Positions 26,795 to 32,000 of a stretch of DNA of 32,000 nucleotides are shown here, piece after piece. The stretch's first letter is position 1; each line of letters opens with the position of its first letter. A program made the position numbers and the translations under genes. Source of the stretch: Nonlabens ponticola (GTDB taxonomy: Bacteria; Bacteroidota; Bacteroidia; Flavobacteriales; Flavobacteriaceae). The notes under the pieces are model-generated. The model made no database searches, had not been told where the DNA came from, and worked only from the letters and a program-made list of their open reading frames with translations. Location of the stretch: the NCBI RefSeq assembly GCF_003966335.1, contig NZ_CP034549.1, positions 450,001-482,000 of the forward strand, in the 5' to 3' direction.

Positions 26795-28387
26795 TCAACT
26801 CGCCTTTTGATGCTTTGGCAATACGATATCCTTTTTAAAGAACTTGCTGTAGCTCTCAGGATTCTTTTCAGTACCACGTTGCGAGACTAGCGTTATATCA
26901 ATGTCTCGAGCCGCTGCCTTGACTTTAAACTCGTCCAAGATCTCTATGATATCAAAGTCCATAAAGGTCGTTTTGCGCACGTCAAGTTCCAACTGAGTTC
27001 CTTCTGGCAATTCGTCTAGCTCACGCTTTATAGCAGCTTTATTGAAGAACGTTACTTCTTCTGCTAGGGTCATTTTTACTTTAGGGCCACCATGATCTGG
27101 ATCTTCTTTATGTAAGAAGTGGCTGTTTCTATAACTCTGGTACAAGGTGATCAGAATACCTAGGGCTAAACCAATGCCAATACCCCATAATAGATCCTTA
27201 AAGACAATAACTAGAACAGTAACGATAAATGGCACGAACTGCTGAAATCCAGCTTTCCACATGGCCTTGAAAGTTGCTGGTTTTGCCAGTTTATACCCTA
27301 CAATGAATAATACTGCGGCCAATACACTCAGCGGTATCATATTGAGCACTGTTGGAATCAAAATCACTGATATCAACAAAAAGAAACCGTGAATAATCGC
27401 ACTCATCTTAGTTTTACCACCAGATTGTATGTTGGCACTACTACGTACAATTACCTGAGTTACAGGGATACCACCTACAAGTCCAGAAAGTATATTACCA
27501 GTACCTTGAGCAAACAGCTCGCGATTAGTTGGTGTTACTCTTTTCTCAGGATCTAATTTATCGGTAGCTTCCACACATAATAGTGTTTCAAGACTGGCTA
27601 CTAGAGCAATGGTAAAGGCTGTTATCCAAACTTCAGCAGATCCTATGACACTGAAATCTGGAAACGTAAACTGACCTATAAATGAATCAAATCCATCAGG
27701 AACTGGAACATTTACTAGGTGTGAATTGAAAATCTCCAACGATGTGTCAACGGTGCCCAAGTAAAAAATAATACCAAAAACCACTGCTACTAGCGGCCCT
27801 TGTATCAAGGTGAAAATCTTACCTTTTTTGGAAAGAACATTTGACCATACAATCAGAATCGCCAAAGAGATAAATGCTACGATCGTGCTACCCCAACCAA
27901 TGCTCTCACCTATGTTGAGCATCTCAGAGAATGTGGTCTCTCCATCAGTCTGATAGTAACTAAAATCACCTTCTGGATCTTTATCCACACCAAAAAAGTG
28001 TGGTATCTGCTTCAAAATGATGATGATACCTATACCAGTAAGCATTCCTTTGATCACCGATGATGGAAAGTAATATCCAATAACTCCAGCACGCAAAAGG
28101 CCAAAAACCAATTGTATCACACCACCCAGAACAACAGCAACAAGAAATTGTTCGTAACCTAAAGAAGCAATAGCTGCGAGTACTATGGCTGCAAGACCAG
28201 CCGCTGGTCCACTAACACCTACCTGTGATCCACTTATAGATCCTACCACGATACCACCTATAATACCAGCAATCAATCCAGCAAATGGTGGCGCGTCACT
28301 AGCTACGGCAATACCTAGACATAGTGGTAACGCAACAAAAAATACAACTATACTGGCTGGAAAATCCTTGGATAAATATTTGAACAT
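26795..28387 (-). CDS. SulP family inorganic anion transporter with C-terminal STAS domain
   Basis: 530 aa. VALPLCLGIAVASD, GSQVGVSGPAAGLAAIV, STAS-like tail (LELDVRKTTFMDFDIIEILDEF). Confidence 0.88.
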   Translation of the reverse strand: MFKYLSKDFPASIVVFFVALPLCLGIAVASDAPPFAGLIAGIIGGIVVGSISGSQVGVSGPAAGLAAIVLAAIASLGYEQFLVAVVLGGVIQLVFGLLRAGVIGYYFPSSVIKGMLTGIGIIIILKQIPHFFGVDKDPEGDFSYYQTDGETTFSEMLNIGESIGWGSTIVAFISLAILIVWSNVLSKKGKIFTLIQGPLVAVVFGIIFYLGTVDTSLEIFNSHLVNVPVPDGFDSFIGQFTFPDFSVIGSAEVWITAFTIALVASLETLLCVEATDKLDPEKRVTPTNRELFAQGTGNILSGLVGGIPVTQVIVRSSANIQSGGKTKMSAIIHGFFLLISVILIPTVLNMIPLSVLAAVLFIVGYKLAKPATFKAMWKAGFQQFVPFIVTVLVIVFKDLLWGIGIGLALGILITLYQSYRNSHFLHKEDPDHGGPKVKMTLAEEVTFFNKAAIKRELDELPEGTQLELDVRKTTFMDFDIIEILDEFKVKAAARDIDITLVSQRGTEKNPESYSKFFKKDIVLPKHQKAS

Positions 28388-28464
28388 AAGGCAGTGCTAT
28401 AAGAATATTGGGAAAGATAAAAATAAAGCAACTCATATCGAGACATTGCCTCAAAACAAAATAC

Positions 28465-29220
28465 TTACAATTCTTTATAACTGTCCTGTGGCACCCATGC
28501 CTTCTCACCGTTGGCGATGCGGACTTTGCTCCAGTCCTCATAGGATTCCAGTATCTCAACTTTGGTTCCAGCATGCAGTGTAAAGGTAGATTGAGAGCTG
28601 TTATTAGGTTCACTTCTGGAAATAACCTCTTGATCATAGATAATGGCAGTATTGCTACTGACCATCAAGTCGTTTGACCTGAATGCCGCATAAATCGATA
28701 AACCCATCACGAGTAAAAAGACGATGAAAAACGTGAAAAACAATCGCTTCTTGCCACTTGTTGCGGCGTAATGATATAGCACAAAACACAAAACGGCCAG
28801 TATCGCTAGCATGATGCTCAAGTAAGCCCAACTATCGGTTGACATGGATTTCACCAGAGACGTCATCGCATCTAGAAAGGGATTACCACCTAACGACTCT
28901 ATGCGATCTACCGTCATTTGTTGCGCAAACTTTAAATTGTTCCGTACGTCTTCATTATCTGGATCCATCATCAAGGCTTTTTCATAGTGATAGATGGACG
29001 GTGCGACCTCATTCAACTTATAGTATGTATTACCCAGATTGTAATAGACCTGCACGCTGTGCTTTCCAGATTGCAGGATGCTTGAATACAACTCTTGAGC
29101 CTCTTGATAATTACCATTGGTGTATGCGTTATTAGCTTTCGCGAAAGCTGAATCATCAACATCTTCCTGCGAAAAAAGAAGTGCAGGAATAAGTAGCAAA
29201 ATCATAAACAGGTTTCTCAT
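28465..29220 (-). CDS. batE: TPR plus SH3 domain protein, BatE-like
   Basis: 251 aa. Signal peptide, TPR repeats (YYNLGNTYYKLNE), two TM segments, SH3-like C-terminus (WSKVRIANGEKAWVPQDS). TAATG overlap with batD. Contains palindrome copy 9. Confidence 0.7.
   Translation of the reverse strand: MRNLFMILLLIPALLFSQEDVDDSAFAKANNAYTNGNYQEAQELYSSILQSGKHSVQVYYNLGNTYYKLNEVAPSIYHYEKALMMDPDNEDVRNNLKFAQQMTVDRIESLGGNPFLDAMTSLVKSMSTDSWAYLSIMLAILAVLCFVLYHYAATSGKKRLFFTFFIVFLLVMGLSIYAAFRSNDLMVSSNTAIIYDQEVISRSEPNNSSQSTFTLHAGTKVEILESYEDWSKVRIANGEKAWVPQDSYKEL
29134..29149. repeat. Iterated palindrome copy 9 (AGCTTTCGCGAAAGCT) inside the BatE-like CDS
   Basis: Read directly. On the coding strand it is translated SAFAKAN. 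Confidence 0.93.
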
Positions 29221-30971
29221 TATCTTCTATGAATTTGTTTGTCCAAAGCATTGATCACGCGGCTCGCCTTATCATAATCCTGTTGCATGCTGGTTTCCGA
29301 TGACGGCGCATATCTCGCAAACTCTGCACTGCTAAGTAGTTCCATAAATTCCTTGCGTGGCTCTTCCTGGACTTGTCGTTGTTGCAATAATTGATCGATG
29401 CGCTCCTTGGACATTTCGGCGGTTGGAATGTTCAATTTTGCCTTAAGGAAGTTGTGCAGCGCACGTTCCAGACTTTCATAAAATGCCTCTGGATCATCGA
29501 GTTTGCGGCTCGCATCGCTTAGGTATTTCTTACTTAGCTTATTGGCTTTTTTGATCTTCTGTCCTTTAACATCTGCAGCGGTTTGATCTCTCTTTCTAGC
29601 AACAAGCAAGAAGAGTGGTATCAATAAAAAGCTGCCGCCTAGAATAGTCCAGTAAGCAGTGCTGCCAAAAAATGTTGAACCGTCAATGTCTTCAAGATCG
29701 GTACTGGTAGCGATAAAGGCAAACGTATCACTGGCCGTCAACACATTGGTACCACCTGGCGTGGCAGCCGTAACAGCTGGACCAGTCACCACAATTTCTT
29801 GAGCATCGCTATTGATCGTGACATACTGCTTTTTCTTAGGATCAAAGTAGCTGAATTCCACCGCTGGGATCTCATAAGTACCACCAAATTGCGGCACGAT
29901 GGTGTAATTATCTTCAATAGAACCTGTAATGCTATTCACACTGCGATCGGTATTATCAATGCGCTCTGGTTCAAAGACCTCAAGACTTTGCGGCACCTCA
30001 ATTTCTGGCAACTGCATGAGCTGCAGATTACCTGTTCCTTCTACCACGACTGTTGCATTAAGGCTTTCACCAGCTTCCAACTGTGATCTGGTAACATCTA
30101 CATTAAAATCAAACTGACCTACCGCACCTGTAAAACTCGCTGGCCTGCCATCTTGTGGTAAATCCTTTACATTAAGTGTTCTAGCACCAGCCGTGACACG
30201 TAATTTTTCAAGAACATTTTGTTGACGGCCAAAGAAACTGCGCCTACCTGAAGGCACTAGCACATTCACATCCATCACCAGTGGTTCCATGGTCACGCGA
30301 CCCGTTTTCTGCGGATATAAAATGGCATCACGTAATACAAGATATCGGTAAGGCTCGCCCTTGTAGGTGCCATCACGTACAGGTTCATCGCGTCTATCCT
30401 TAGTCAATGACCAGAAGTCTTCATATTTAGGCGTCTCGACATCTGTCCAGCCGCGTATGCCAGTATTGTTTGAGACATATAATTTATAAACGACCCGTAT
30501 GGCTTCATTGAGGTAAGGTGATGCGTTAGAAACCTCAGCGACTAGATGGACATTGAGTTCTGGTAGCGGTTGCTGGCTGTCCATTTCTCGCGGTCGCTCA
30601 ATAGCTTTGGTCACCTGAATATTGAAAGGATCTGACGTATAAGTTGTGCCTTGATAATCCATGGTAGCACTACCTATGGTCTTAGTACCTGTGCTTTCTG
30701 GCGCTAATATGTAAGTATAGGTTTTGGCAAACGAACCTACTCCATTGATATATCGCTGTGAGACGCCAGTCACTGGTCCAGTTGCTACTTTAAAACCTCT
30801 AAAATCTGGTGGTGTAAAATTGTCACCATCAGCATTCATCTTGAATTCTACTCGCAGCCGTTCATTGAGTGCGATGTTATCTCGTGTTGCGGTTGCTGTA
30901 AACGTTGTTTGCGCAGCGGCCACCGCTGCACTCATCCATAAAAACAAAAAAAGCAGTTGTTTCATTACCAA
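29220..30971 (-). CDS. batD: BatD family protein (oxygen tolerance)
   Basis: 583 aa. Signal peptide, long extracytoplasmic region, single late TM (YWTILGGSFLLIPLFLLVA), cytoplasmic tail. It occupies the bat operon position. Confidence 0.75.
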   Translation of the reverse strand: MVMKQLLFLFLWMSAAVAAAQTTFTATATRDNIALNERLRVEFKMNADGDNFTPPDFRGFKVATGPVTGVSQRYINGVGSFAKTYTYILAPESTGTKTIGSATMDYQGTTYTSDPFNIQVTKAIERPREMDSQQPLPELNVHLVAEVSNASPYLNEAIRVVYKLYVSNNTGIRGWTDVETPKYEDFWSLTKDRRDEPVRDGTYKGEPYRYLVLRDAILYPQKTGRVTMEPLVMDVNVLVPSGRRSFFGRQQNVLEKLRVTAGARTLNVKDLPQDGRPASFTGAVGQFDFNVDVTRSQLEAGESLNATVVVEGTGNLQLMQLPEIEVPQSLEVFEPERIDNTDRSVNSITGSIEDNYTIVPQFGGTYEIPAVEFSYFDPKKKQYVTINSDAQEIVVTGPAVTAATPGGTNVLTASDTFAFIATSTDLEDIDGSTFFGSTAYWTILGGSFLLIPLFLLVARKRDQTAADVKGQKIKKANKLSKKYLSDASRKLDDPEAFYESLERALHNFLKAKLNIPTAEMSKERIDQLLQQRQVQEEPRKEFMELLSSAEFARYAPSSETSMQQDYDKASRVINALDKQIHRR

Positions 30972-31807
30972 TCTTTCTCTGTGCGCACGCCCTTGCCTTT
31001 TTGCTTGCGTGCATTGATTTTATCTTGAATTTTCTGTTCCTCGTTATTCATGGCCTCTAGGATCTGGCGTATTTGCTGCGGTGTCATCTGACCTTCTTGA
31101 CGTGGTCGCTGTTCGTTGCCGCCTTGCTCTTTAGGTTTGCCATCACCGTTGTCACCTTCGCTATTCTCGCCTTTGTCGTTCTCCTTTTCCTTGCCGTCAT
31201 CGCCTTCTTTATCATCACCATCTTTCTCTTTGTCACCATCTCCTTTACCATCAGAATTTTCATCTTGGTCGCCTTCCTTGTTCTGATTCTCGTCCTTGTT
31301 GTCGCCTTGCTCTGGCTGGTCTTTATCATTACCGCCACCACCGCCTTGATTCTCTTCTTCTTGCTTGGCAAGTGCTAGGTTGTATCGCGTCTCATCATCG
31401 GTTGGATCGTTGCGCAGTGCATTTTTGTAGGCCTCAACCGCTTCTACATACTGCTTGTTTTCCATAAAGGTGTTACCCAGATTATGGAAGATTTTATGCT
31501 TTTCTTCTTTAGTTTTAGCGCTCAATGCAGCGTCTCTATAATTCTCCACAGCACTGTAGCCTTTCTTATTGTTATAGTAAACGTTCCCTAGATTATAGCT
31601 AGCCTCAGCACTTGACGGATTGATAGCTTTAGCTTTTCTATAGGCTGCTTCAGCTTCCACAAAGTCGCTGCTTTGAGCTGCAGACTGACCATTGGCCATT
31701 GCGGTCTCATAATCTTGTTGTTGGACTTCTGATAATTGCGCTTTCGCGAAAGCGGAACACATCAAAACCAAAACCAAAGCAACTATGTTTTTCATGTACC
31801 TATTCAT
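30965..31807 (-). CDS. batC: TPR repeat protein, BatC-like, with long acidic low-complexity linker
   Basis: 280 aa. Signal peptide, TPR repeats (YNLGNVYYNNKK, FHNLGNTFMENKQY), G/D/E/K/N-rich tract. An alternative ATG lies at 31795. Contains palindrome copy 10 in the signal-peptide region. Confidence 0.7.
   Translation of the reverse strand: MNRYMKNIVALVLVLMCSAFAKAQLSEVQQQDYETAMANGQSAAQSSDFVEAEAAYRKAKAINPSSAEASYNLGNVYYNNKKGYSAVENYRDAALSAKTKEEKHKIFHNLGNTFMENKQYVEAVEAYKNALRNDPTDDETRYNLALAKQEEENQGGGGGNDKDQPEQGDNKDENQNKEGDQDENSDGKGDGDKEKDGDDKEGDDGKEKENDKGENSEGDNGDGKPKEQGGNEQRPRQEGQMTPQQIRQILEAMNNEEQKIQDKINARKQKGKGVRTEKDW
31736..31757. repeat. Iterated palindrome copy 10 (TTGCGCTTTCGCGAAAGCGGAA; perfect 16 bp at 31739-31754) inside batC
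   Basis: Read directly. On the coding strand it is translated CSAFAKAQ, at the predicted signal-peptide cleavage region. Confidence 0.93.
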
Positions 31808-32000
31808 TGAACAAGTTTAATTTCTTGATCCACGGCGTCTTGCGATTGCTATAGAAAATTTCTAATATCAAAAACAGCAATCCTAATGCCAAAAACCACT
31901 GGTACTGTGAGGCAAAGTCTGCATATTGCTGTGAGTCAAAAGCGACCTTGTCCACGCCAGAAAGCTCGTCCTGTAGCTCTTCAATGGCATTTGCCGTGAT
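31800..32000 (-). CDS. batB: VWA domain protein BatB-like, C-terminal fragment (5' end outside window)
   Basis: My translation of the minus strand gives ...QQYADFASQYQWFLALGLLFLILEIFYSNRKTPWIKKLNLFNE*. This is a typical BatB C-terminal TM plus tail. The stop at 31800-31802 overlaps the batC ATG by 8 nt. Confidence 0.6.
   Translation of the reverse strand: MTANAIEELQDELSGVDKVAFDSQQYADFASQYQWFLALGLLFLILEIFYSNRKTPWIKKLNLFNE

Noticed and set aside
28185-28677. ORFs 28185..28583(+), 28299..28637(-) and 28408..28677(+) spanning the sulP start and batE end
   Set aside because: They overlap two well-supported genes in other frames or strands and have no motifs. The 77-nt intergenic gap is too short for a gene.
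31073-31378. ORFs 31073..31378(+) and 31084..31371(-) inside batC
   Set aside because: They are shadow frames of the compositionally biased acidic-linker DNA. The implied proteins are implausible poly-hydrophobic or poly-basic strings.
1784-31757. Palindrome copies as a CRISPR array or as simple rho-independent terminators
   Set aside because: The copies are kilobases apart with no regular spacers, so they are not CRISPR. Most lack a following T-run, two lie inside operons and five lie inside CDSs, so a canonical terminator role cannot explain the family. Individual copies (4, 8) may still attenuate transcription.

Overview
This is a chromosomal, mostly housekeeping segment. Gene content, many lipoprotein ORFs, TAnnTTTG-type -7 boxes and a bat (Bacteroides aerotolerance) operon point to a Flavobacteriia/Bacteroidota genome. 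Hand counts on several 60-nt lines give about 42-47% G+C. Gene order: a partial small ORF; thiL. An extended suf Fe-S cluster follows: sufA-like, sufB, [MBL-fold lipoprotein plus small lipoprotein], sufC, sufD, terminator, sufS, [META lipoprotein], sufE, DUF59, DUF2480. Next: a DUF3078-like outer-membrane protein; a minus-strand group (anchored hypothetical, hflX, His-tailed lipoprotein); an HDAC-family gene; a 4-TM protein. Then a four-gene plus-strand module (secreted protein, AT-rich thioredoxin-fold lipoprotein, 98-aa membrane protein, ABC ATPase). Last: an AraC regulator divergent from hemA-hemC; an orphan histidine kinase; cvpA; two tandem SulP transporters; batE-batD-batC-batB(partial). 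I saw no rRNA, tRNA, CRISPR, transposase, integrase or recognisable defence genes. The most unusual signal is not a gene. It is a highly iterated palindrome (core GCTTTCGCGAAAGC; intergenic consensus TTACGCTTTCGCGAAAGCGTAA) present 10 times in 32 kb. Five copies are intergenic and five lie in frame inside unrelated CDSs. The coding copies differ from the consensus exactly where it would create a stop codon, and one intergenic copy carries a second GC-rich hairpin inserted near its centre. Secondary leads are exported lipoproteins embedded in the cytoplasmic suf operon, the DUF2480 tail gene of the suf cluster, and the AT-rich TlpA-like/ABC module. All product calls come from motif recognition in the supplied translations; no database search was possible.
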